Source: an uncultured virus (IMG/VR IMGVR_UViG_3300037010_004438) (Duplodnaviria > Heunggongvirae > Uroviricota > Caudoviricetes). Taken from it: a stretch of 64,000 nucleotides of DNA. The position numbers and the translations under genes are program-made. The stretch lies in the IMG/VR virus record IMGVR_UViG_3300037010_004438. One strand, 5' to 3'. How positions within the stretch are numbered: position 1 is the stretch's first letter; every line of letters begins with the position of its first letter. Of the stretch, positions 29,361 to 38,887 are shown one piece after another. The notes beneath the pieces were generated by a model. It did no database searches. It had not been told where the DNA came from and saw only the letters and a program-made list of their open reading frames with translations.

Positions 29361-29488
29361 AAAGCCCGCGCTCGGTCCATTCCGAGGCGGGCATGATCCG
29401 CGCTTTTCCGCGCTGGTAGATGCGCTCGAAAAGTCGAACGCATCTATCAACGCGGAAAGCGGAGCCGGGCAACGCCGGCTCACGCTTT
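29361..29488 (-). repeat. ~130-bp structured leader repeat, copy 2
   Basis: matches 28033-28162. Confidence 0.9.
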
Positions 29489-30329
29489 CTGCGTCGAAAG
29501 CCTTTTTCGCGAGACTCCGCGCGCCGCGTCTGAGCCTTGCAGCTCGCGACACTCTGCACGGGCGGTGACGGTCGCGCGTCACCTACTCGCGATTTTGGCC
29601 ATCGCGGCCCCGGCCAAGCGCCGGGACGGGCGATGAGTTAGGAACCGAGGCGCGCGCTCTCTCACCGCGCGCGCCCCATTCCGCATCCAGCGGGCCCGCT
29701 CTCACGAGCCCGCCGTTATCGATCACTCGCGCCGCGCGCCGCCGGACGCTTGCGCGCCCGCGGCCGCCGTGGTCGGCGATCGAAGCTCGAATCGCGACCG
29801 ATTACCGATCGCTGTCTACCGTGGTGGCACCTACCGCTGCTAGAGCGTCGTTTCGCGCGAGGGGAGAAATCGGCCAATCGGGCCCGTTGCACGGGCGCTA
29901 CCATGATTGCCGGTCCCTCGCACGGCGTGTCGCCGGTCGGGGCGGAGTGCCTACCCGGCGCGCGCCGCGTGGCGCGTCGCCGTGGTAGGGTGCCGCGCTA
30001 CCTAGGCGCGCGGACGGGACCTGTCACCCCCGCCTGGTTGACACGCGCGACGCGTGGCATAGGCACTGCGTGGAGGGGCGGTCCGGCCGGCAGCGCGAGC
30101 GCGCACGGGAGGGACCGCCCCGCCGAGGGGGCCGCCGCGACGTATACCGTCGAGGCAAGTCGCACATTAGCGCATCCATTCGCGCCGTCTACGAAAAAAG
30201 CGATAGCTCGAAAAAGAATTTTTTGAGCCGAAAAAAAAGCGCGAAAACGCGATCGCGCATGTTCCACGTTTCCGCGAAACCTGGATGCGAGACGATCCGC
30301 GGCGGCGAGCTTGCCGAACCATACGCGCC

Positions 30330-30565
30330 GCGGACGCTGCTCGACGCCGGGGCGGAGCACGACGCGCGGACGCTGCTCGACGCGCGGACGCTGCACGACG
30401 CGCGGACGCTGCACGACGCGCGGACGCCGCTCGACGCGCGGACGCTGCTCGACGCGGGGCGCGTGCTCGACGCCGGGGCGCTGCTCGACGCGGGGCGCTG
30501 CTCGACGCGGGGCGCTGCTCGACGCGGGGCGCGCTCGACGCCGGGGCACTGCTCGACGCGGGGCG
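30330..30565 (+). repeat. degenerate ~16-20-bp tandem repeats (GCTGCTCGACGCG core)
   Basis: more than 10 consecutive copies of (C/G)TCGACGC or CACGACGC cores. Confidence 0.8.
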
Positions 30566-30766
30566 GGGCGCAGACTCCGCTAGCAGGCGCGCCACGCACG
30601 CCGCGCGGCGCGTCGCGGCATAGCACGGCGCTGGCACGTCCGTTGCATGGTTGCGCCATATCAATGTCGCACACTGCTCACGAGGTACCCTACCTCGGCG
30701 GCGGGGTGCGCGGAATTGCGGTTTGCGGTTTCGCAGCCCTTGACGCGCCGCGTCATTCAACACGTC

Positions 30767-30828
30767 CGCTCGGTCGCCCGCTCGGTCGCCCGCTCGGTCG
30801 CCCGCTCGGTCGCCCGCTCGGTCGCCCG
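30767..30828 (+). repeat. 12-bp tandem repeat x5
   Basis: (CGCTCGGTCGCC)5. Confidence 0.9.
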
Positions 30829-31323
30829 CGCGATCCCGCGGGCGAACGTGGGCGGGCCTGGCCGGGCGGTAGGGCGCCCGCCCTCAGGTATGCCCCCTCG
30901 CGCGTACGCGGGTACGCACGCGTACGTACGCGCGCGCGTAGGCGCGGGCGCGCTCGTACGCGTACGCGCGAGCGCACGCACGCGTACGCACGCGCGCAAT
31001 TACGCGTACGCGCGTAGGGGAGCGCTTTCCCGATCGGGCGCCAGGGCGCGCCAGCGATCGGGCGCCAGGGCGTGCCGGCGGCCGAGCGCCAGGGCGCGCC
31101 GCCGATCGCGCCGAGGACCGCGCGGTCGGGCGGGCAGGAGATCGCGCTCGCGCGTCGAATGACGCGACACGACAAAGTGTGCGCGGCCTGCACACTTGCC
31201 CGGTGCGACCGTCGGCGCATACGGTAGAGTAACGCGGTGCGTCGTATTCCGGCGCGGCGGTAGCGGCTCGGCCGAGCGGCGGCGCGGCGGTAGCGCCCGT
31301 TTCGATCGATCCGCGCGAACGCG

Positions 31324-31468
31324 ATCGAGGCGAGGGCCCGATTGATTCGAGGCGATGGCCCGATCGATTCGAGGCGATGGCCCGATCGATTCGAGGCGAG
31401 GGCCCGATCGATTCGAGGCGATGGCCCGATCGATTCGGGGCGATGGGCTCGATCGATTCGAGGCGAGG
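31324..31468 (+). repeat. 22-bp GATC-containing tandem repeat (~6 copies), iteron-like
   Basis: CGATCGATTCGAGGCGATGGCC units. Confidence 0.85.
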
Positions 31469-31551
31469 TCCTGGCCGCGATTCGAGGTGAGGTCGGCGGA
31501 GGCTTGAGCAGACTCCGGCGCGCTCGTGAAGGGGTTGGACGCTTGCGAGGG

Positions 31552-32040
31552 CTAACGGACGCTCGCGAGGTATTCGTCCGCGAGAATGAGGTCGGGACCG
31601 GCCGCACGCAGGCGCCACAAGCGACTGATTGCGGCGAGCGGGATTCGATCGCGGGTCTTGGGATAGCCGTCTCGGTTGCGGCGGAAAGCGCTCGTGAGAG
31701 GGACTTCAACGAGATAGTTTGCACGGCCGGTTCGGCGCGGGTCGTCGCGTCCGAAGTCGACGTACGCTTCCGCGTCTTCGGGCCCATCGGCGAAGCATGT
31801 CCCCTCGGAAGGATGGCTGTAGCGCCCGACGCTGAGGATGCCTCCTTTACGCCAGTGGTCGTGCCACTCTTCGTGGGTCATGCCCCGATAGACGAACCCC
31901 GCGCGGGCCTCCTTGTGCAGGCCGCTCTCTCGCCGGGCATGCCGTTCTTCGAGGGGTAGCGCCAGCTCGGCGACCGTGAACGGACTCTCGTCGCGAGCCG
32001 CGATCGTTCGAAGGAAGCGGAAGCGAACGTTCGCGCTCAT
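31552..32040 (-). CDS. hypothetical protein (possible ART-like fold)
   Basis: VYRGM..E, GTCFAD, YLVEV motifs; the fold is a guess. Confidence 0.5.
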   Translation of the reverse strand: MSANVRFRFLRTIAARDESPFTVAELALPLEERHARRESGLHKEARAGFVYRGMTHEEWHDHWRKGGILSVGRYSHPSEGTCFADGPEDAEAYVDFGRDDPRRTGRANYLVEVPLTSAFRRNRDGYPKTRDRIPLAAISRLWRLRAAGPDLILADEYLASVR

Positions 32041-32671
32041 TCGGCGGCAAGCTTTCGCTGTTCGAGGACGCCTTCCTCGTACAGGAGCACGAGCCGCCCC
32101 TTCTCCGTGAGCCGGTAGTCGTAGTCGGAGGGGATCTTCTCGACAAGCCCTTCCTGGGCGAGAAGGCTGAGGCTTGCTCTGTGGGCGGACGAAAGGTCGG
32201 CGCCGCGGCGAACTTCGCGAAGGAGTCGGAGCTTGCTCATCGCCATGATCATCTCCTTGTGTTCGCGCCCGCGAAAAGAAGGGCGTGAGGGCTTCATCCT
32301 AATGGAAGCGAGCCCTTCGCGCTTTTCTTCGTTCGCGCTCTTGAGGATGTCGGGCGACTTACGACTTACGGGAAGCCTGCGCGGGAAAGCGATTGAATTG
32401 CGGATACGTAAGTCGGTAAGTCGCCCGTCCATAACTTGACAATGCAGATGAGGCTGGCGTACGCGCGCAAATTCCTCATTCATCGTCTCTCTCGAAATCG
32501 ACTGAATGGATGTCGATTCTTTTTGACGAGTCCAAACTAAGGCGGTACTCATCGTTCGCCCGATGACGAACGGGGCTCACAAAGCCCTGGCGCGCCTCTC
32601 GGGCCGGCATTAGAGTGACAACCCGCCTTTGAGGAAGAAGGCGGCCTTCGACGAAGAGGGGCATACATTCC

Positions 32672-33238
32672 ATGGCGAAGAAGCAGGCGGCCGCGAAAGA
32701 GGTCGCAAAGGGTTCGACGTCTTCGGAGCACGCGCCCGACGGCGCTCAGAAAGAGAACGCGATGCGCGAGACGCCCGCACCTCTCGCGGCGGTCGCTCCC
32801 GAGCCGAAGACCGCTCCCGCGCCGAAGACCGCGTCGCCGGAGGGTTGGGTTCGCTTGCCGCTGGAGCTTCGAGCTTTCTGGACACCCCTCTACAGCAAGC
32901 GCCCCCTCGAAGGCGTCCTCATCGCACAAGCGAAGCTCGACGTCGAGGGAATCTCGGTCCTCGCCTTCCGCTTGACGGCGGAGACGGATGTCCTCTTGCC
33001 GACGGGAGAGATCGCGATCGGCAAGATCGGGCAGGAAGTCCTCGTGCCGCAGTTCTACTCGCTTGGCGCGGTCGCGCAGCTCCTCTCGCGCCAGGACCTC
33101 TTCTACCAGGTCTTCATCGGCAACCCCGAGCGCGTCGAGGTCGCCGCGGCGGACGGGTCGGGCTCGATCCGACTCTGGAACTTCGACATCGTCGCGAATC
33201 CTCAGGGGATTCCGCGCGCGAGTTTTGGCGCCCGCTGA
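32672..33238 (+). CDS. hypothetical protein, paralogue of 33329-33883
   Basis: EGWVRLPLELRAFWTPLYSKRPLEGVLIA aligns with the next gene. Confidence 0.7.
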   Translation: MAKKQAAAKEVAKGSTSSEHAPDGAQKENAMRETPAPLAAVAPEPKTAPAPKTASPEGWVRLPLELRAFWTPLYSKRPLEGVLIAQAKLDVEGISVLAFRLTAETDVLLPTGEIAIGKIGQEVLVPQFYSLGAVAQLLSRQDLFYQVFIGNPERVEVAAADGSGSIRLWNFDIVANPQGIPRASFGAR

Positions 33239-33328
33239 CGCGGAGCGCGTCGACTTACGGAAAGTTTTTCTAGGAAGCCCATCGACGGGCGGCAGTGGCC
33301 ACAACCTGAAGGACAAAGAGGCAACGAC

Positions 33329-33883
33329 ATGGCGAACGTGAACGACAAGGGTCAGAAGAAGGGCGCGGCGGGCGAGGCTCCGGAGGGCACGGTCGTGAAC
33401 CTGGCGCCCGAGGGCTTCGTCCCCCTGAATCTCGACCGGTCCTTCTACAGCCCGCAGCACACGAAGGTGCCGCTCCAGGGCTACCTGATCGCGTCGGAGA
33501 CGATGCACTCGCCGGCGCTCGACCGCGACTTCGAGGCCGTCATCGTCCGCACGACCGCGGACACCGAGTGCGTCGACGGCAACAAGAACGTGACCCCGGT
33601 CAAGGCGGGCGCGGACGTCATCCTCGTCATCACCAGCTCGCTGAAGAAGCTGCTGACGCTGACGGGCAAGGACCGCATCCCCGAGATCAACATCGCCCAC
33701 GCCGGCAAGCGCAACATCGGCGGCGGCAAGACCCTGAACACCTACAACGCGTTCATCACCCCGCCCGAGAACTGGCCGACCCGCGAGAAGGTCGCCCCGG
33801 ATACCCTCGGCATGGGCGACGGCTCGGACTTCGGCGATCCGGCGCTCGGCTCGGGCGCGCAGCACCGCCAGCTCCAGGCCTGA
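33329..33883 (+). CDS. hypothetical protein (possible OB-fold/SSB-like)
   Basis: strong codon bias, beta-rich, flexible acidic/Gly tail; GC hairpin downstream. Confidence 0.7.
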   Translation: MANVNDKGQKKGAAGEAPEGTVVNLAPEGFVPLNLDRSFYSPQHTKVPLQGYLIASETMHSPALDRDFEAVIVRTTADTECVDGNKNVTPVKAGADVILVITSSLKKLLTLTGKDRIPEINIAHAGKRNIGGGKTLNTYNAFITPPENWPTREKVAPDTLGMGDGSDFGDPALGSGAQHRQLQA

Positions 33884-34076
33884 TCCGCGGGTAGCGAGGC
33901 GTCGGCGGGTCTGACGCCTTCGCGGGAACCTCCCTTCTTCGCTCCCGCCCGACTGGGCGACCGCCGCCGGGCGGGCGGGACGAAGATGAGGAGGTTTTCG
34001 TCTCTTTCGGCCTGTTTCGCAAGTCAGTGATGGGCGTCTCTCGAACGGGTCCGAGATTCGGTAGGATGGCTGCTCG

Positions 34077-35459
34077 ATGGCCGCAAAGAAGAAGAAGCGG
34101 GCGACCACGCTGAGGGGCTCTTCCGGAGCTTCGAAGGCTTCTTCTGCGGGCGCGCAAAGGCCTGTTCGGAGAACTCCGGCGAAGAAGGCGGCGGCGCGCG
34201 TGAAGTCGCGCCCCGCCGCGAAGCGCTCGGCTCCAAAGGGCCGCCCGGCTGCAAAGAAGCGTTCCGTCAAGACTCCGAAGGCTGCCTCTCGAAAGACGCC
34301 GAAGAAGGTCGTCCCCAGGAAGACGCCGAAGAAGGTCGTCCCCAGGAAGACGCCGAAGAAGGTCGTCCCCAGGAAGACGCCGAAGAAGGTCGTCCCCAGG
34401 AAGACGCCGAAGAAGGTCGTCCCCAGGAAGACGTCGAAGAGGGTTGCGACCAAGAAGGCCGCGGTCAAGAAGGCCGCGGTCAAGAAGGCTGCGGTCAAGA
34501 AGGTCGCGGTCAAGAAGGTCGCGGTCAAGAAGGTCGCGGTCAAGAAGGTCGCGGTCAAGAAGGTCGCGGTCAAGAAGGCCGCGGTCAAGAAGGCCGCGGT
34601 CAAGAAGGCCGCGGTCAAGAAGGCCGCGGTCAAGAAGGCTGGCGTCAAGAAGGCGGCCGTCAAGAAGACGGGCGCCAAGAAGACGACGAAGGCTTCGGCG
34701 AAGACGTCGAAGAAGGCGGTCAAGAAGGCCTCCAAGAAAGTCGTGAAGAAGACCTCGCAGGCCGCTAAGAAGGCCGCGGAGAAGGTCTCGAAGAAGGCGG
34801 CGAAGAAGGTATCGAAGAAGGCGGCGAAGAAGGTCGCAAAGGCCGCGAAGAAGGCTGCAAAGGCTGCAAAGAAGGCCAAGAAGCCTTCTCGCCGCTTCGT
34901 CAAGGTCACGCCCGAGCTGATTCTGATCGGGAAGGTCCCGAAGAAGCGAGGTCGGCGCGGCGGATGGGGACCCAAGACGGAGGCGATGAGGGTCGCAACG
35001 GATCGCGCGCTGGCTTTCGCGAAGTCGATCGCCGTCATGCACGGGTGGCGCGCATCGATGCATGTACACGCATATGCGGAGGGAGTGGTCGACGGAGACC
35101 TGTCGGTCGACATTCCTTCGACGGAGAATGACTACGACACGATCGCCAGGATGGTCCGTCAGGTCGTCGAGGGCATCGAGACTGTCGGAGGTCTTGGACG
35201 CTCTTTCGTGGTCTGCAACTGGATCCTTCGGCCGGACGCCGAGCGGCATCAGGATGAGGGAGCCCCGAAGTACAAGAAGCACGAGGGCGGCTTGAGGGTA
35301 CCGCTCCACTTTCAGCTCTTCGAGCGTCTTTCGGAGAACGCCTCGACGGCGCTGGTGGTCTTGAGAAACATCATCGAGGCGCACGAGGGGGAGGCGCCGA
35401 TCGGGTTCGTGGTACGAACGGCGTGGGCAGAGGACGGGAAGCTTCACCGGAGGGAATGA
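34077..35459 (+). CDS. histone H1-like Lys/Ala-rich protein with globular C-terminal domain
   Basis: (KTPKKVVPR)5 and (KK[AV]AV)~14 repeats, then a ~180-aa non-repetitive domain. Confidence 0.8.
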   Translation: MAAKKKKRATTLRGSSGASKASSAGAQRPVRRTPAKKAAARVKSRPAAKRSAPKGRPAAKKRSVKTPKAASRKTPKKVVPRKTPKKVVPRKTPKKVVPRKTPKKVVPRKTPKKVVPRKTSKRVATKKAAVKKAAVKKAAVKKVAVKKVAVKKVAVKKVAVKKVAVKKAAVKKAAVKKAAVKKAAVKKAGVKKAAVKKTGAKKTTKASAKTSKKAVKKASKKVVKKTSQAAKKAAEKVSKKAAKKVSKKAAKKVAKAAKKAAKAAKKAKKPSRRFVKVTPELILIGKVPKKRGRRGGWGPKTEAMRVATDRALAFAKSIAVMHGWRASMHVHAYAEGVVDGDLSVDIPSTENDYDTIARMVRQVVEGIETVGGLGRSFVVCNWILRPDAERHQDEGAPKYKKHEGGLRVPLHFQLFERLSENASTALVVLRNIIEAHEGEAPIGFVVRTAWAEDGKLHRRE

Positions 35460-35460
35460 G

Positions 35461-35688
35461 ATGGAAACGGCGAACGGCACGATCAAGGAAGCGATTCGCA
35501 GGATCGACGAGTCGATGGTCCCTGGCTCGGGGGTCACGACGGTCTCGATTTCGCGCGCGATGTGCGCGCTCGATCTGGACTCCGCGTCGGAGGTCGTGAA
35601 GCACTACCGCGAGAAGGGGTACGTCGCCGACGCGCGTCTGTCTCCGACGATCGTCGACTTCGTCATCGAGCCGAACGAGATTCGATGA
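35461..35688 (+). CDS. hypothetical protein
   Basis: operonic spacing. Confidence 0.6.
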   Translation: METANGTIKEAIRRIDESMVPGSGVTTVSISRAMCALDLDSASEVVKHYREKGYVADARLSPTIVDFVIEPNEIR

Positions 35689-36017
35689 TGGCCAAGCCTC
35701 TTCTCAAGCACCTCACCGACGAAGAGGTGCTCCTTGCACTTCTCCAGAACCCGAGCAAGCTCGACACGTTCGAGAAGCGCGTGTTCGAAGAGTGGCTCGG
35801 TCTCGCGGAGAAGGGGCGTCAGCTGAGCGACAAGCAGCGCGCGATGGCGCGCCGCAAGTTCGAGGTTCTCGACCTCATTTCCACGTTCGATCGTGACAAC
35901 CTCGCCTCGGTGACGAAGGTCACGGGGGCGAAGATGGCGATCAGGAGCGGCGGAGAGCTGGAATCTGTCTTGGGACCAAAACCTCTCGCGCCGCCGAGGC
36001 GGAAGTTGGACATTTGA
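35685..36017 (+). CDS. hypothetical protein
   Basis: ATGA overlap; LSDKQ motif. Confidence 0.6.
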   Translation: MMAKPLLKHLTDEEVLLALLQNPSKLDTFEKRVFEEWLGLAEKGRQLSDKQRAMARRKFEVLDLISTFDRDNLASVTKVTGAKMAIRSGGELESVLGPKPLAPPRRKLDI

Positions 36018-36075
36018 GTCTTCAAGAACGATTCTTTGATAGCCCTCACGGGCACCTGACAGAAGAGGATTGGCC

Positions 36076-36327
36076 ATGAAGTTTCGTTCGAGCGACGGGG
36101 CAACGATCGGGATCGAGGCGGCCGGCGGCAACGTCGTCGTCACCTTCGAGTACGCGGGAAGCAGCGGAGAGCTGCGTCTCGTTCTCTCGCACGCGAGGAC
36201 GCTCGCGGCGGGGATGGAGACGATCCTGCAGAAGTACGGGACGTTCCTCGCGATGGATCCGGGGTTGAAGAAGCGCGAGGCGGACATCCGAGGGTTCGTG
36301 AAGCACTTCAAGAAAATCGCTGGATGA
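36076..36327 (+). CDS. hypothetical protein
   Basis: GAGG RBS. Confidence 0.6.
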   Translation: MKFRSSDGATIGIEAAGGNVVVTFEYAGSSGELRLVLSHARTLAAGMETILQKYGTFLAMDPGLKKREADIRGFVKHFKKIAG

Positions 36328-36345
36328 AGACGTGCGAGCGCCCGC

Positions 36346-36879
36346 TTGGCGCTTGCGAGCCTCTCGCCGGCAGACGCGGCCATGATCGAGAAACTCGCCC
36401 CGAAGAAGTGCGTGGGACTCTCCTACACGCTCGACCGAGGCAAGTATTGGAGGATCATGGTCGACATCGAGTGCGAGGGTCCGGTTCGCGTCGATTTCTA
36501 CGAAGGGATCGGCGCGTTCCGTGAAGAGACTGCGGGAGAAGGCGGCGTTCCGTACGCAACCGCGGATGGAAGACGCTTCACGGTCTATACGACGGATTTC
36601 GCTCCCGGAGGATATTGGTTCATCGCGATTCGGAACATGTCCAAGTTCGACGAGGTCGTGATCTTCGACTCGTTCGCCGTCGAGACGGCCGTCGTCGAAG
36701 GGTACGTGCCTCCGAAGACGAGGACGCTGGAGGAGATGAAGGTGGGGTGGGACGGCAAACCGTCCCCTCCGCTGGCGGTCCGACGTTCGGCCGAGGAGAT
36801 CGCCTCGGGAGCCAAATCCGCACCTCCCAAGCACGACCTGTACGCGGCCATGATGGCTCGCTTGAACAAGAAAAGCTGA
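36346..36879 (+). CDS. hypothetical protein
   Basis: ORF with typical codon bias; start uncertain. Confidence 0.6.
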   Translation: MALASLSPADAAMIEKLAPKKCVGLSYTLDRGKYWRIMVDIECEGPVRVDFYEGIGAFREETAGEGGVPYATADGRRFTVYTTDFAPGGYWFIAIRNMSKFDEVVIFDSFAVETAVVEGYVPPKTRTLEEMKVGWDGKPSPPLAVRRSAEEIASGAKSAPPKHDLYAAMMARLNKKS

Positions 36880-37137
36880 GGCTCTGCGTGCCCGTGAGAA
36901 GGAGTCCCCCTGTGAAGACGATCATGTTTGGCGATCGCAGTCGGATTCGGATCGAGGAGGCTCAGGACGGGGTCATTCCCGTTCGGCACGACGAATTGAG
37001 GAACGGCGAGTGGTGCGAGATCGGAGCGTATGCGATTCCTTCCCACTGCGCGGGCGACGTGGCCGCGGCGTTCGCGGTTCGGTACGATGATCACCTCTTG
37101 AAGAAGATGCGCGACGCGAAGGGGAAGTGAGGGCGAT

Positions 37138-37536
37138 GTGAACCTGCTCCGCGCCGCCGTTGGCTTCGGCTTGCGTCTCGCCGATCGCTTGGAGGTGGTG
37201 AGGGCTCCGAAGATTGCGCTGCCGTGGGAGGAGAAGGAAGCGAGCGCGTGGGCGCGCGACAAGACGTCGAAGGAGAAGAGACTTCTCTGCCACCTCGCGA
37301 GGCGTGATCCTTTTGGAAAGGTGATTGCGGAGGTCAAGCAAGTCGGCGGAAGGATCGAGTGGACGGCGACGGGGATGACGGCGCAAATCATGGAGGGGAT
37401 CAATCTCGGTCCGGTTCGCACAGCCCCGACGCTCGTCTCTGCGATTCTCTCCGTCGACAGCTACCTTGAAGGAAACAACTGGGAAATTCAGGGCAAGATG
37501 GTCTTTCCTCCTGCGGAGGAGAGCGATGAGACATGA
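37138..37536 (+). CDS. hypothetical protein
   Basis: operonic ORF. Confidence 0.55.
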   Translation: MNLLRAAVGFGLRLADRLEVVRAPKIALPWEEKEASAWARDKTSKEKRLLCHLARRDPFGKVIAEVKQVGGRIEWTATGMTAQIMEGINLGPVRTAPTLVSAILSVDSYLEGNNWEIQGKMVFPPAEESDET

Positions 37537-37588
37537 GGCGAAGGCCTTGAGACATGAGGCGAAGGCTTTGAGAAAAAGGAGCATCGTC

Positions 37589-37927
37589 ATGCGTACCAAG
37601 TTCGTGTTCGGATTCGTTGCGTTCCTTCTGTCGGCGTGTTCGTCGTCTTCAGAGCCTGTCGCGAACGGCGAGGCGGAGTGCGAACGAATCGTAAATGGCG
37701 CGTGCGCGCGGATGGTCGTGTGCGGCGCGGAGCCGACGAACGCTCAGTGCGCACATGACATGGATCTAGACTGCGGGTCCTCGCCCTTCGCGGGCAAGGA
37801 CGTCGACTCGGAGCTTACCGATCAGTGCCTTGCGGCTTTCAACGCGCTTTCCTGCTCCGCGTTTCAAGTCTCTCCGTTCGAGCCCCCCGATGCGTGCATG
37901 ACCTGGGCGGCGCAGTACCACAAATGA
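37589..37927 (+). CDS. Cys-rich lipoprotein
   Basis: AAGGAG RBS; signal peptide with LLSAC lipobox; 8 further Cys. Confidence 0.75.
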   Translation: MRTKFVFGFVAFLLSACSSSSEPVANGEAECERIVNGACARMVVCGAEPTNAQCAHDMDLDCGSSPFAGKDVDSELTDQCLAAFNALSCSAFQVSPFEPPDACMTWAAQYHK

Positions 37928-37933
37928 GGCATC

Positions 37934-38461
37934 ATGGAGCCTTGGGAAGTCTCCGATACGGAGGGGGAGGACGCAGGGTTCGGCTTCGGCGTCAAAGTTG
38001 CCGGTAGCGAACGAGAGATCGTCGCGCGCGGCGCTGTCTCTCTCGCGAATGCGAGAGCCATTGTCGCCGCGCACAACGAGAAGATTCGAGTTCGCGTGGG
38101 GCGAGGCTGGAAGGGGAGAGGGGTGTACGCCGCCCGCGCGCACGCTCCGGATGAAGTCATCGAAGAGTGCCACGTCTTGCTCCTCCCTTCGAAAGAGCTT
38201 CGCGGGAAGCTCTCCTACTACTGTTTTCAGTGGAGCGACGAGATGAGCGCGCTGCTTCTCGGCAACGGTTCTCTCTTGAACCATTCCTACGCGCCGAACG
38301 CGTACGTGCTGTTCGATCGGAGGGGGACCATGGCCTCGGTCGTCGCGAGGTCCTCGATCGCTGCGGGGGACGAGATCCTCATCAACTACAATGGGGATCC
38401 GGACGCGACGGAAAAGGTCGCGTTTTATCGCCCTTTGAGGCGGACGAGGAAGAAGCGATGA
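37934..38461 (+). CDS. SET-domain protein (putative lysine methyltransferase)
   Basis: KGRGVYA, LLNHSYAPNA, GDEILINY. Confidence 0.92.
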   Translation: MEPWEVSDTEGEDAGFGFGVKVAGSEREIVARGAVSLANARAIVAAHNEKIRVRVGRGWKGRGVYAARAHAPDEVIEECHVLLLPSKELRGKLSYYCFQWSDEMSALLLGNGSLLNHSYAPNAYVLFDRRGTMASVVARSSIAAGDEILINYNGDPDATEKVAFYRPLRRTRKKR

Positions 38462-38775
38462 GTGAACGCGGAAAGATCGATGGATTGCCGAAGACGATGG
38501 TCGAGTCGCTGCTCGACCTCGACGAAGCGCTCGTCGAAAAGCCGGACATGCGTTTCGACGAGTTCGAGGCGCGCATCGAGAAGGACATGAACGTGGCGGC
38601 GCTGGAAGCAGTCGTCGCGCGCGTCGAGAACTGCGCGCCGGCGGAGGACGTGAGAACGCTGCTCTCGCTGATGGTCGTGCACCTGAGCCGATACACGCCC
38701 GGGTACGAGGAGATTCGCCCTCTTCTTGCGAAGTCGATGGAGCACCTTCAGGACAGAGCAAACAAAATCTCGTAG
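38458..38775 (+). CDS. hypothetical protein
   Basis: ATGA overlap with the SET gene. Confidence 0.6.
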   Translation: MSERGKIDGLPKTMVESLLDLDEALVEKPDMRFDEFEARIEKDMNVAALEAVVARVENCAPAEDVRTLLSLMVVHLSRYTPGYEEIRPLLAKSMEHLQDRANKIS

Positions 38776-38887
38776 AGGACTGAGCGTCGGCGCTGAATGG
38801 TTCCGCTGGCGCGACCATTTACGAAGACGGAGGCCTTCGACTTCCCGGAAGTCGAGGGGCCTGTAGGCCCTCATTTGGAGGCGAATC

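Noticed and set aside
29998..31959. ORFs across the divergence zone
   Set aside because: Translations of tandem repeats and alternating CG/TA tracts, with no RBS or coding-like composition.
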